IMG/VR virus record: IMGVR_UViG_3300017754_001832
Reading direction: 5' to 3' (one strand)
Length of the DNA stretch: 64,000 nt
DNA from: a virus
Numbering within the stretch: position 1 is the stretch's first letter; each line of letters starts with the position of its first letter. The position numbers and the translations under genes are program-made. Of the stretch, positions 17,211-25,852 are shown piece after piece. A model generated the notes under the pieces. The model was not told the DNA's origin and did not search any database. It was given only the letters and a program-made list of their open reading frames with translations.

Positions 17211-17245
17211 GGCCCGGCGGGAAACCGTCGGGCCTTCCCTTTTTA
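17211..17245 (+). terminator. Rho-independent terminator
   Basis: Stem GGCCCGGCGG/CCGTCGGGCC with one G-U pair, GAAA loop, then TTCCCTTTTT. Confidence 0.7.
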
Positions 17246-17267
17246 TGAGAGCCAGAGGGGATGACCG

Positions 17268-17510
17268 TTGCAAGACAAACCGCGCGATCCGCTGATGAGA
17301 CTCACCGATAACAAGGCGCGTCTTTCGCAGTTCAAGGTTGTTTCCGGCGGAGTCATCAAGCCTGCACCCAAGCCAACCCGGCCGCCGAGCAAGCTCCGCC
17401 GCCTGTTGTGGTGGGTGGGGTTCTTCATCCTCACCGTTTCTATTCCATGGTTCACAGGGCTCACGCTGATCTTCAGCGGGGCTTGGGACTTTCTAACCAG
17501 AGGGCACTAA
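17268..17510 (+). CDS. Membrane protein (80 aa), TTG start
   Basis: ORF track. C-terminal hydrophobic helix LLWWVGFFILTVSIPWFTGLTLIF. Confidence 0.5.
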   Translation: MQDKPRDPLMRLTDNKARLSQFKVVSGGVIKPAPKPTRPPSKLRRLLWWVGFFILTVSIPWFTGLTLIFSGAWDFLTRGH

Positions 17511-17513
17511 CCT

Positions 17514-17906
17514 ATGCACAGACCATCGACTGCACGACTCGCCATGCTCGGGGCGGCCTTCGGGTCGCTCATGGCTGCGGCGAAGAACGCATCCGCCGAG
17601 ATCAATCAGGCGGCAGAGGCGTTCAACCTCGAAGAGTTCCAATCGTCGCTCGCGGCGAAAGGCTACCCGGTCCACGCGCACCAGAAGTCGCACACGGCGT
17701 TCCTCAATCAGGAAAGCCGCCGGCCGTCAGAAGCGTACAAGGCGCGTCAGAAGATGCGGCGCCGGTATGACAACGGCCTGCCTGTTCCGCCGGATGTCGA
17801 GGCCGCGTACAAGCGGCACGAGGCAGAGCGTGCGGACATCGCCCGCCGTCGCGCCTTCTACGATCAGCACCCGTCGGTGCGCGCTCGCTTCGCGGTGTCC
17901 GCTTGA
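17514..17906 (+). CDS. Hypothetical secreted or membrane protein (130 aa)
   Basis: Signal-peptide-like N-terminus (ARLAMLGAAFGSLMAAA). Confidence 0.55.
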   Translation: MHRPSTARLAMLGAAFGSLMAAAKNASAEINQAAEAFNLEEFQSSLAAKGYPVHAHQKSHTAFLNQESRRPSEAYKARQKMRRRYDNGLPVPPDVEAAYKRHEAERADIARRRAFYDQHPSVRARFAVSA

Positions 17907-18436
17907 ACGAGCTTGCCATCATCGGGGGCATCGCCCTCGGCACCGCACTCCTGACAGCCATCGCTGCGTCACGAGTCGGCTTCCTGATCGGCAAGACACA
18001 CGGCTTCCTCGAAGGGCAGTCGTCGATCATCAACCCCATCATCGACCGCGTCGCCAAGGGCGAGGAAGAGATCACCGTCGGCATCTATCAGGCCACATCG
18101 CTGCGGACCTGGTACGGCCCGATGCCGGGCACGGTCCACGGGTTCAACCACCTCGCGTTCAAGCTCGCTGGCGAGACCGGCGAGTTCATGGAGCACGTCG
18201 GCAAGGCGCTGCGCGACGACCCCGGCACGCTCGAAGACTTCCACAATGGCTTCGTGAAGTTCACGCCAGAGCGTCGCAAGGCGCTGCTGAAGGAACTCGG
18301 CGATGTGCTCTGGTACATCACGGTCCTCGCGAAGGAACTCAACTCCAGCCTGATCGAGGTGATGGCGATGAACGTCATCAAGCTCCGTGACAGGCACGCA
18401 CGCGGCAAGATGAAAGGTTCGGGCGATGACAGGTAA
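17903..18436 (+). CDS. MazG-like nucleotide pyrophosphohydrolase with an N-terminal hydrophobic helix (177 aa)
   Basis: KLAGETGEFMEH and ELGDVLWYITVLA...NVIKLRDR match the MazG core. TTG start. The N-terminus reads IIGGIALGTALLTAIAA. Confidence 0.7.
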   Translation: MNELAIIGGIALGTALLTAIAASRVGFLIGKTHGFLEGQSSIINPIIDRVAKGEEEITVGIYQATSLRTWYGPMPGTVHGFNHLAFKLAGETGEFMEHVGKALRDDPGTLEDFHNGFVKFTPERRKALLKELGDVLWYITVLAKELNSSLIEVMAMNVIKLRDRHARGKMKGSGDDR

Positions 18437-18914
18437 GCTCGGAAACAAGGGCCACGAGGACATGCTCGGTACGCCGAAGGAACGGCTCACCTCGAAGGAC
18501 ACGAACCCGAAGGACGCCGTCGGCGTGGCGAAGGTTTCGGAGTCCTGCATCCCGCAAGGGGTCATCGGCGAACTCGCCATCGCCATGCAGGAGGGCGCTC
18601 GCAAGTACGGGCGCCACAACTACCGGATCGCCGGGGTTCGCGCCTCGGTCTACTTCGATGCTCTCATGCGCCACAGCAAGGCGTGGTGGGAGGGCGAGGA
18701 CAACGATCCGGAGTCGGGCGCGAGCCACATCACCAAGGCCATCGCGACCCTCGTGGTCCTCCGCGATGCCATGATGAACGGCAAGATGACCGACGACCGC
18801 CCGCCGCCGATGACCGACCCCGATTGGCAGCGAAAACTCAACGAACTTGCGAAAGGGCTCATCGAGAAGTATCCAGATGCCAAGCCCGCCTACACTCGCG
18901 AACCCCAGGAGTAG
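18426..18914 (+). CDS. Putative dATP/dGTP diphosphohydrolase-like protein (DUF5664-like), 162 aa
   Basis: EGARKYGRHNYR ... HITKAIATLVVLRD resembles that N-terminal domain family. This comes from memory of the family only. Confidence 0.45.
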   Translation: MTGKLGNKGHEDMLGTPKERLTSKDTNPKDAVGVAKVSESCIPQGVIGELAIAMQEGARKYGRHNYRIAGVRASVYFDALMRHSKAWWEGEDNDPESGASHITKAIATLVVLRDAMMNGKMTDDRPPPMTDPDWQRKLNELAKGLIEKYPDAKPAYTREPQE

Positions 18915-18919
18915 CCGTC

Positions 18920-20794
18920 ATGGCCGTCAAGCCCAAGTCACCGCAGATCACCAAAGCCCAACTCCAGAAGTGGGTGAACCTCGTAAACCGGCTTGACGGC
19001 AACGTCTCACGCGCGGCGGAAGAAGCAGGCATCTCCGCCCGCCAACTCAAGCGCCACCTCGACACCTGCAAGAAACGCGGCGTCGTTCCGCCGAAGCCCT
19101 TCAACCCCCAGAACGCCATCCGATCAACCGACATCGCCGACGACGAACTGCACGATGTCTGGAACGTCTACGAGCGATACGGATACGACGCACAAGCGAC
19201 CGCCGAAGCTCTCGGCATCCACGAGTCCTCCCTCCGCAACCGCATCAAGAAAGCGCAGCACAAGTTCGGCTACGTGAAGAAGTCCCTCGGGGTGACTCAC
19301 GCGCAGGCCGCCGCGCCGCTGCCGCTCCCCGACGCCGGCAAGATCAACTACTTCATGCTGACGACGGCGCAGAACAACACCAAGGTCCACGACGCAACGT
19401 GGGCTTCGGGCATCAACCTCGCGAAGCACTACGACGCCGAGATCAAGGTCTCGACCTTCACCTACATCGGCAACGAGGAAGGCTCGCAGAAGCGCGGGCA
19501 CGAGAAGTCGGGCGAGGCCATGGGCCGCAAGGTCGAGGACCGCTGGTATGATCCGCGCGTCGTCCCGTACATCTCCGACGAGTTCCAACAGCTTGCGCCG
19601 GGTCTCGTGTGGTGCGGCCACTCCAACACACTGCCGACCGCGTCCGACCCGCTCCGTGGCACGCAGTCTCTCAATGGCCGTGCGTCTGGTGTCTGGCCCC
19701 ACACGCGGATCGAGATGCGCCCGGTCGCCACGGCTGCCGGTGAAGCCACCAAGTTCAACTTCACGACCGGCGCCGTCACGCTGCGCAACTACATCCAGAA
19801 GCGGGCCGGCATCGCGGCGGAGTTCTACCACTGCTTCGGCTTCCTGCTCGTCGCCGTCGACTCGAACGGCAATTGGTGGTGCCGCCAACTCAACGCCGAT
19901 AGCGAAGGCAACATCTACGACCTCGACCTGCTCGCGACTCCCGAAGGCGTGTTCGAGTGGATCGACGAGAAGAAGGGCGGCCTCGAAGGTCTGGTCTATG
20001 GCGACATCCACCGCTCGAAGATCGACGAGACGATCCGCGATGCGACGTGGGGCCCCGGCGGCCTCGTGGACTTCCTCAAGCCCAAGGTGCAGGTCTTCCA
20101 CGACCTCCTCAACTTCAACCCGTCGCACCACTCGCGCAAAGACCCGCACGAGATGTATAAGCAGCGCAAGCGCGCTGAAGACCTGGTGTACGGCGAGATC
20201 GAGGGCGACGGCTCGTTCCTCGATTGGACGCACCGCCCGTGGTCGCGCGAAGTCGTGGTCGACTCCAACCACCACCGTCACCTCGACCGCTTCCTGAAGG
20301 AAGTCGATTGGCGTGACGACCTCAACAATGCGCGCGTCATCCTCGACATGAACCTCGCGTGGCTCGACGCCATCGACAAGGGCGAGGAAGAGGACTTCCT
20401 TGCCTACGAGTGGCAGATCAGGAAGATGGGCTACGGCAAGCACGCCCACTTCATGAACCTCACCAGCGAGAAGCCCGAGAAGCTGAGCCTCGTGCTCTGC
20501 AAGGGCAACGGCGGGGGTATCGAGGTCGGCGCGCACCACGGGGATCGCGGGCCGAACGGCGCACGCGGCACGCCGCAGAACCTATCGAAGATGGGCCGCA
20601 AGAATGTCATCGGCGACAAGCACTCGCCGGGCATCTGGGGTGGCACCTACGTTGCAGGCATGACCGGCAAGCCGCGTCAGGGCTACAACATCGGGCCGGG
20701 CTCGTGGGCTGCCGCGCACGTGCCGATTTACCCGAACGGAAAGCGGCAAGTCCTGTTGTTCTGGAAAGGCATGCCGCACGAACCGCGCGGTTAG
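18920..20794 (+). CDS. Large hypothetical protein (624 aa) with two N-terminal HTH-like segments and His-rich phosphoesterase-like motifs
   Basis: AGGAG RBS. NVSRAAEEAGISARQLKRHL and AEALGIHESSLRNRIKKA. YGDIH, FHDLLN and DSNHHRH appear in the order of calcineurin-like motifs. Confidence 0.7.
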   Translation: MAVKPKSPQITKAQLQKWVNLVNRLDGNVSRAAEEAGISARQLKRHLDTCKKRGVVPPKPFNPQNAIRSTDIADDELHDVWNVYERYGYDAQATAEALGIHESSLRNRIKKAQHKFGYVKKSLGVTHAQAAAPLPLPDAGKINYFMLTTAQNNTKVHDATWASGINLAKHYDAEIKVSTFTYIGNEEGSQKRGHEKSGEAMGRKVEDRWYDPRVVPYISDEFQQLAPGLVWCGHSNTLPTASDPLRGTQSLNGRASGVWPHTRIEMRPVATAAGEATKFNFTTGAVTLRNYIQKRAGIAAEFYHCFGFLLVAVDSNGNWWCRQLNADSEGNIYDLDLLATPEGVFEWIDEKKGGLEGLVYGDIHRSKIDETIRDATWGPGGLVDFLKPKVQVFHDLLNFNPSHHSRKDPHEMYKQRKRAEDLVYGEIEGDGSFLDWTHRPWSREVVVDSNHHRHLDRFLKEVDWRDDLNNARVILDMNLAWLDAIDKGEEEDFLAYEWQIRKMGYGKHAHFMNLTSEKPEKLSLVLCKGNGGGIEVGAHHGDRGPNGARGTPQNLSKMGRKNVIGDKHSPGIWGGTYVAGMTGKPRQGYNIGPGSWAAAHVPIYPNGKRQVLLFWKGMPHEPRG

Positions 20795-20802
20795 AGGGAA
20801 GC

Positions 20803-21288
20803 ATGAACCATATTGCAATGATCGTCGCCCATCAGTTCGTCACGAACAAAGAGCGCGTTGAATACGTCCGGAAGATCACCGCCGACTTCGAGGAGCGCAG
20901 GCCGCGCGGATACGCGGCGACCGGGTGCCTGCTTGAACCCGTCTACGGCGCCGCCATCGTGGCGTTCAACGACATCCCGACTGCAGTCGAGAGCGACTAC
21001 TCGTCGACTCCTCGCGGCGTTGAGCGGGCGCCGAAGTTCGCCGCGCTCGGGCACGCCGAGGTCAACGCCATCGCGTTCGCGGCCTACGCCGGCACTGCGA
21101 CGGCGGGCGCCACGATGTCGCTGGCCTGGTTCCCGTGCATCAACTGCGCGGCAGCCATCGTGAAGGCAGGCATCAAGCGTGTCGTCGCGACCGAGCCGAA
21201 CTACGACTACAAGCCCGAGCAATACGACTTCCGTGGCGCTCGAAAGATTCTGGAAGACGCAGGCGTCATCGTCTGCTTCGAGAAGTAG
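20803..21288 (+). CDS. dCMP/cytidine deaminase family zinc enzyme (161 aa)
   Basis: HAEVNAI and PCINCAAAIVKAGIKRVV (H-A-E ... P-C-x-x-C). TAGAGGGAA RBS. Confidence 0.8.
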   Translation: MNHIAMIVAHQFVTNKERVEYVRKITADFEERRPRGYAATGCLLEPVYGAAIVAFNDIPTAVESDYSSTPRGVERAPKFAALGHAEVNAIAFAAYAGTATAGATMSLAWFPCINCAAAIVKAGIKRVVATEPNYDYKPEQYDFRGARKILEDAGVIVCFEK

Positions 21289-21297
21289 GAGACTCCA

Positions 21298-21597
21298 ATG
21301 GCCTCGGGCCAATTCGTTTTGAACGGAACTGAGAAGCAAGCGGAGGTGTTCGATGTCATCCTCGGCGAGCGCGACTACCAAGACCAGCAGCAGGGCAACG
21401 CCAAACGTCACGAAGGGCAACCGCCGATGACGCCCGGTGAATACCTCCTGTGCATGGAGAAGTGCCTACAGGACGCCCGCACCGAATGGTACAAGCCCGA
21501 TGGCGGCAAGTCCTGCCTCGACTTCGTTCGCAAGGTCACGGCTCTTGGCGTAGGCTGCATGGAGCTTCACGGCGCTCCTCGTCGGGAGGGCTTCTGA
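21298..21597 (+). CDS. Hypothetical protein (99 aa), possibly all-alpha NTP-pyrophosphohydrolase-like
   Basis: ILGERDYQDQQQG ... TPGEYLLCMEKCL is weakly reminiscent of MazG-superfamily phage proteins. Confidence 0.5.
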   Translation: MASGQFVLNGTEKQAEVFDVILGERDYQDQQQGNAKRHEGQPPMTPGEYLLCMEKCLQDARTEWYKPDGGKSCLDFVRKVTALGVGCMELHGAPRREGF

Positions 21598-21878
21598 TGT
21601 CGGCCACCAAACCGAACGCAGGCAATCGAGGCATCAACGGCGATGCCAAAGAGAAGGTGAAGCGGTTCGTCTCCCGCATCCGCAAGCTCAAGGCCGAGCA
21701 GGCGGAGATCGGCGAAGAGGTGAAGAACATCTACGCCGAGTGCAAGTCCAACGGATACGACGCAGCGGCCATCCGCGAGTTGATCTCGGAGATGGAGAAG
21801 CGCGAGAAGAACCCTGAAAAGTGGGAAGCGAAAGAGGACATGAAAGATGTCCTCCGCGTCGCGCTGGGAATGGTCTGA
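21597..21878 (+). CDS. gapR: GapR-like DNA-binding protein (DUF2312), 93 aa
   Basis: KVKRFVSRIRKLKAEQAEIGEEVKNIYAECKSNGYDAAAIRELI aligns with the GapR core as I recall it (...RVERLEVEKAEIMEQIKEVYAEAKGNGFD...). Confidence 0.75.
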   Translation: MSATKPNAGNRGINGDAKEKVKRFVSRIRKLKAEQAEIGEEVKNIYAECKSNGYDAAAIRELISEMEKREKNPEKWEAKEDMKDVLRVALGMV

Positions 21879-22042
21879 TGCGCTGGGAAAGAATCTACCT
21901 GATTGCGTGCCCGACGGTCGGCCTCCACGCCGTGACACGTCGCGCACGCCTCGGGTGGGTCACGATCTACCGCGATCTCGACCGCAAGGTGAAACGCATG
22001 TGGACCGTCCTCAAACCTGAAACCTGCCCGAGAGAAGCATGA
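21878..22042 (+). CDS. Hypothetical protein (54 aa)
   Basis: ATG overlaps the upstream TGA. It is the tail of ORF 21821..22042. Confidence 0.35.
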   Translation: MRWERIYLIACPTVGLHAVTRRARLGWVTIYRDLDRKVKRMWTVLKPETCPREA

Positions 22043-22587
22043 TGGACTTCAACGTCGTCCAGTGGCTCGGCGAGAACGTCGCGAAGGTGCTGCCCTTCCG
22101 CACGATCTACTCGTATGAGCGCGGGGTCCGCTGGACGATGGGGAAGAACCCGAAGGAACTGAAGCCCGGCCTCCGCTGGTGCCTCTACTTCTTCCACCGC
22201 GTCGAGCAGTTCGCCGTCGTCGAGCAGATCATCAACCTGCCAACGCAGTCGGTCGTGACCGCTGACGGCCGGGCGGTCTGCTTCTCGGCCAACATCTCTA
22301 TCGTGATCGACGACGCGGTGAAACACTACTGCGACGTGCAGAACTTCGAGCAGTCGGTTCGCGATCTCGCCATGGGCCACCTGTTCGAGCGCGTCTCTCA
22401 GCAGCGGATGGAAGACCTCGTGAAGCGCGAGACGACGAAACGACTCGAGTCGTCGCTCGAAGGCACCCTGACGACCCGCCTCCGCGATTGGGGGACTCGA
22501 GTCGTCGGCGTGAACTTCACCGACTTCGTGCCTGTCCGAAACCAATTCCGGCTGTTCCAGGATCAGCCCACAACCAAGGTGCTTTAA
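22039..22587 (+). CDS. SPFH/band-7 domain protein (182 aa)
   Basis: General resemblance to the prohibitin/HflC-like fold (..RTIYSYERGVRWTMGK...LPTQSVVTADG..). Confidence 0.55.
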   Translation: MMDFNVVQWLGENVAKVLPFRTIYSYERGVRWTMGKNPKELKPGLRWCLYFFHRVEQFAVVEQIINLPTQSVVTADGRAVCFSANISIVIDDAVKHYCDVQNFEQSVRDLAMGHLFERVSQQRMEDLVKRETTKRLESSLEGTLTTRLRDWGTRVVGVNFTDFVPVRNQFRLFQDQPTTKVL

Positions 22588-22859
22588 TGGGCCTCGCCGA
22601 ACTCCTGAAGATCATGGACAGCGGAGGCGTGAGCCTCGTCCAGCTTCAGAGCTACAAGCCCACCACGGGCAAGTTCTACGCAGCCACCGTCGGGTGGTTC
22701 GTCAGCGGCGCGTGGCGTTCCTCGTGCGCCAACGGGCCGACACAGGAAGCCGCGCTGGAGCTTGCCATGCGGTCGACCGGGCTGTTCGAGGACTTCCCTG
22801 TGATCCGGATCGAAGCGCCTGCAAGGCGCCGCCGCAGCGCCGAGGACTTGCTGGCATGA
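22587..22859 (+). CDS. Hypothetical protein (90 aa), paralogue A
   Basis: Ends ...RRRSAEDLLA. Its 3' end GAGGACTTGCTGGCATGA is shared with the next gene. Confidence 0.55.
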   Translation: MGLAELLKIMDSGGVSLVQLQSYKPTTGKFYAATVGWFVSGAWRSSCANGPTQEAALELAMRSTGLFEDFPVIRIEAPARRRRSAEDLLA

Positions 22860-23128
22860 AGGACCACCTCACCCTCGAAGAACTCCTCGACAAGCTCGAC
22901 GAGGAAGGAGTCACGGTTGCCGAGGCAAAGAGCCGCCGCAACATCGGCCCCGGCCGGTGGCACGTCTACGTCGAGAACGACAAGGGCACGTTCGCCGGAG
23001 TCGGATCGAGCTTCCGCGAAGCCCTGACACAGGCCGCAGGGAATGCCGGCGCCATCACCGGCCGGCGCTCCATGATCGACGAGGACCGCCCGAAGAAGCG
23101 CAAACGCCGTGAGGACTTGCTGGCATGA
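22856..23128 (+). CDS. Hypothetical protein (90 aa), paralogue B
   Basis: Ends ...KRKRREDLLA. Same length and 3' end as the upstream gene. Confidence 0.55.
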   Translation: MKDHLTLEELLDKLDEEGVTVAEAKSRRNIGPGRWHVYVENDKGTFAGVGSSFREALTQAAGNAGAITGRRSMIDEDRPKKRKRREDLLA

Positions 23129-23343
23129 TTATCTGTCTCAGGAAGGATGTCGCGTGGCTACACATCCGAACCAACAGAGGCCGCGGATTCGCGCGCCGAG
23201 TGAAGCACTTCGGCAAAGTTTTCCGAGTCGAGAAATACACGTGGAGCCGGGCCACCGGAGGGCCTGCGGACTACGTCATTAAAGACATGTGGGCGGGACC
23301 GCTGGTCCTCATCCTCGAACACTGGAGACAGACCGATGCGTAA
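23125..23343 (+). CDS. Hypothetical protein (72 aa)
   Basis: ORF track. ATGA overlap. Confidence 0.5.
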   Translation: MIICLRKDVAWLHIRTNRGRGFARRVKHFGKVFRVEKYTWSRATGGPADYVIKDMWAGPLVLILEHWRQTDA

Positions 23344-23626
23344 GAAGAAGAAGCCCACGCTCAACGAGACCGAGCGCCTGGCTCGCGAGGACGCCGCGCT
23401 CGCCGTCATCAAGGCCAACCGCAAGCCTCTGCCGTTCGGCGAAGAGGTGATGCAGGGCTTCGAGGGCATGAGCCGCCATCGCATCAGCCAGTTCATGGCG
23501 CGTGAACGGATGCGCGCCGAGGCCGAGGAGAAGCGGGGCCGCACCGACCGCGCCAACGATGCCCGCTGGAATATGGCTCGCGCCAAGCAGGCGCTCAAGT
23601 TCATCGACGCACAGGCCGCAGCATGA
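23336..23626 (+). CDS. Hypothetical basic protein (96 aa)
   Basis: ORF track. Confidence 0.55.
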   Translation: MRKKKKPTLNETERLAREDAALAVIKANRKPLPFGEEVMQGFEGMSRHRISQFMARERMRAEAEEKRGRTDRANDARWNMARAKQALKFIDAQAAA

Positions 23627-24291
23627 AGATCGCAGCACTCCCGCCGGGTCCGTTCGGCCTTATCTACGCCGACCCGCCATGGCGCGTCGAGACCTACAGC
23701 GAGAAGGGCCGCAACCGGCTGCCCGACGGCGATGTGGGCCACTACCAGACGATGACGCTCGACGACATGAAGTCGATGCCGGTCGCCGATGTCGCGGCGA
23801 AGGACTGCATGCTGGTGATGTGGGTGATCGACACGCACATTCCGCAGGCGCTCGAACTCGGCGCGGCGTGGGGCTTCACCTACAAGACCACGGCGTTCTA
23901 TTGGGCCAAGCTCCGCAAGCTCGGCGCCGACGGGAAACCCGGCCGCGAAGCGAAGACTCCCGAGAAGGAGTTCCCCGCCGGCATGGGATACTGGACCCGG
24001 GCGAACCCGGAGCAGGCGTTCCTGTTCACCCGAGGCAAGCCGCAGCGGATCGACAAGGGCGTGCCCAAGCTGATCCCCTTCGACGACTACCCACAGGTGG
24101 TCGCGGCCAACCGGCGCGAGCACAGCCGCAAGCCCGACGAGGTCTACGACCGCGTCAACCGGCTGATCGGCGACGTGCCCAAGCTCGAACTGTTCGCCCG
24201 CACCTCCGCACCCGGCTGGACCGCATGGGGCAACGAGGTCGGGAAGTTCGATACGAAACCCCGCAGATCGAGGACCGATTTGCTGGGATAA
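23623..24291 (+). CDS. MT-A70 family N6-adenine DNA methyltransferase (222 aa)
   Basis: Catalytic IYADPPWR (DPPW) near the N-terminus. Conserved ...EHSRKPDEVY... near the C-terminus. Confidence 0.85.
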   Translation: MKIAALPPGPFGLIYADPPWRVETYSEKGRNRLPDGDVGHYQTMTLDDMKSMPVADVAAKDCMLVMWVIDTHIPQALELGAAWGFTYKTTAFYWAKLRKLGADGKPGREAKTPEKEFPAGMGYWTRANPEQAFLFTRGKPQRIDKGVPKLIPFDDYPQVVAANRREHSRKPDEVYDRVNRLIGDVPKLELFARTSAPGWTAWGNEVGKFDTKPRRSRTDLLG

Positions 24292-24409
24292 AGCTCACAG
24301 GCTTGAGGCTGGACCCGCCTCGGGCGATAAGGCCGGTACGTCGGAGCCTCCGGACTCCCACCCTCACCCACGGGCTTCTAATCGAGCCTGCACGTAATAG
24401 GAGAGTAGC

Positions 24410-25000
24410 ATGTCCCAGATCGGCGAAAGAGCCCCCGTCACCTTCGGGTACGTCGGGACGTGGTCGGGCAAGCAGGTTTGGCTTGATGCCGACAAATACA
24501 CCGACGAGTCGATCTGCCTGCGGGACATCCTGCACAGCCTGCCCCATGTGAACCGCTACATGGGCGGCACGCGGGCGCCGGTCTCCACGGGCCAGCACAC
24601 GGTCGCCTTCGCCAAGGCGGTCGAGCGCGCCGGCCTCGGGGAGATGCACGTCCGGTGGGCCCTGATCCACGACATGCCCGAGTACGTGATCGGCGACATC
24701 CCGCGCCCCTTCAAGAAACAGATGCCGATGATCCAGGCGCTCGACGACCGCATCCTGCTCACGCTCTCGCGCCGCTACGATCTGCCCGAGCAGATGCCCG
24801 ACATCCTCCACGAGTGGGACCAGCGCATGTGCAGGCACGAGATGGACGCTGCGGGCAATCCGGACTTGCCGCTCGAACTCCAGTGGTGGAAGCTGCTCGA
24901 CGCCGTGCCGACCGTCTACGACGTGGACCTTCGCCCGCGTTCGGCGGTCGCGGTGCGGATCGAGCTTCGCGCCATGTGCAAGCAGTATGGGATTGTGTGA
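24410..25000 (+). CDS. HD-domain phosphohydrolase (YfbR-like 5'-deoxynucleotidase type), 196 aa
   Basis: H...HD...D pattern: STGQHTVAF, ALIHDMPEYVIGDIP. AGGAGAG RBS. Confidence 0.7.
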   Translation: MSQIGERAPVTFGYVGTWSGKQVWLDADKYTDESICLRDILHSLPHVNRYMGGTRAPVSTGQHTVAFAKAVERAGLGEMHVRWALIHDMPEYVIGDIPRPFKKQMPMIQALDDRILLTLSRRYDLPEQMPDILHEWDQRMCRHEMDAAGNPDLPLELQWWKLLDAVPTVYDVDLRPRSAVAVRIELRAMCKQYGIV

Positions 25001-25260
25001 TGACCAAGACCTACTTCGGAGAGCGTAGACCGCGTGTGGCTGCGCTGATAATCGGCGTCGTGTGGGGAGCCATCATGGTCCTCTCGCTCGCTCTGGTCTT
25101 CGGATGTACCGCGACGCCGGCCGTCGTGATCGACGAGAGGCCGATTGTCATGATCGTCCGTCAGTATGTGCTTGTGCCGCTCGTGCAGCCGCCAGACCCT
25201 AGCTGCGGGGGCATCGAGAACTGCTGGTATGAGGAGCCCACTGAAGAGGGGCCGATCTGA
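25000..25260 (+). CDS. Putative lipoprotein (86 aa)
   Basis: Hydrophobic N-terminus ending in LVFGC (lipobox-like). ATG overlaps the upstream TGA. Confidence 0.5.
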   Translation: MTKTYFGERRPRVAALIIGVVWGAIMVLSLALVFGCTATPAVVIDERPIVMIVRQYVLVPLVQPPDPSCGGIENCWYEEPTEEGPI

Positions 25261-25270
25261 TGTTACGATT

Positions 25271-25305
25271 CGTCGGCAGTTGCGGATAAGTGCCGACGGT
25301 TTGTC
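25271..25305. terminator. Hairpin between convergent + and - strand blocks
   Basis: 8-bp stem CGTCGGCA/TGCCGACG, 12-nt loop, then GTTTGTC. Confidence 0.4.
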
Positions 25306-25639
25306 AGCCGCCGCGCGCCATGGCTGCGAAGGCTTCCTTGGCGGCGATCAGGATCACCGACACAACGAACGCCACCCCGGCCGCGACGGATGCCATGCTG
25401 GCCTTCCACGACGTGCGGGTGTGTTCGAGGCTCGTGACTCGTTTGGTGACGCTATCGTGCCGCGTCTGTGTTTCGAGGACGTGAGCGTCCTGCGTGGTCT
25501 TCATGTTCCCGACCCGCTCGACCAGCGTCGCGCCCTGAAGCCCCAAGGAATCCACCTTGAGGTCCACTGCGCTTAGCTGGCCTTCGATCCGTGCGAGAGC
25601 GGATGCGATCTGAGCGGCGTCGGTCACGTGAAGCTCCAT
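25304..25639 (-). CDS. Coiled-coil protein with a C-terminal transmembrane anchor (111 aa)
   Basis: ORF track. C-terminal VAAGVAFVVSVILIAA. Last gene of the late strand. Confidence 0.6.
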   Translation of the reverse strand: MELHVTDAAQIASALARIEGQLSAVDLKVDSLGLQGATLVERVGNMKTTQDAHVLETQTRHDSVTKRVTSLEHTRTSWKASMASVAAGVAFVVSVILIAAKEAFAAMARGG

Positions 25640-25842
25640 CAGCCTGCGGCGACGTTGACGAGGAGATCGCGGGCTTCCGCATACTTCGCGGAGTTCGCGG
25701 CGATCTGTTTGGCGAGCGCGTCTTTCAGGGCAGCTTCGTCGTCAGACGAGAGCGTGCCCTTGATCGACGCAACGAGGCTGGGGATCGCGGCTGCGATCTC
25801 CTGGCCGGCGGAGATCAGTGCGAGGATGGTCTTGAGGTCCAT
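25639..25842 (-). CDS. Hypothetical protein (67 aa)
   Basis: AGGAGG RBS. ATGA overlap downstream. Confidence 0.55.
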   Translation of the reverse strand: MDLKTILALISAGQEIAAAIPSLVASIKGTLSSDDEAALKDALAKQIAANSAKYAEARDLLVNVAAG

Positions 25843-25852
25843 GGTGATCCTC

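Noticed and set aside
24292-24409. tRNA genes in the longer intergenic gaps (24292-24409, 17100-17267, 46658-46730, 62004-62171, 13149-13220)
   Set aside because: None shows a GTTCGAATC-like T-arm, a matching acceptor stem or a cloverleaf-sized arrangement when read by eye. A tRNA scanner should still be run.
17903-25000. Calling this a 2-aminoadenine (Z-genome) phage on the basis of MazG-like plus HD enzymes
   Set aside because: No PurZ-like adenylosuccinate-synthetase homologue is visible in these 64 kb, and the MazG and HD families are generic. I kept only the weaker 'possibly modified DNA' pointer.
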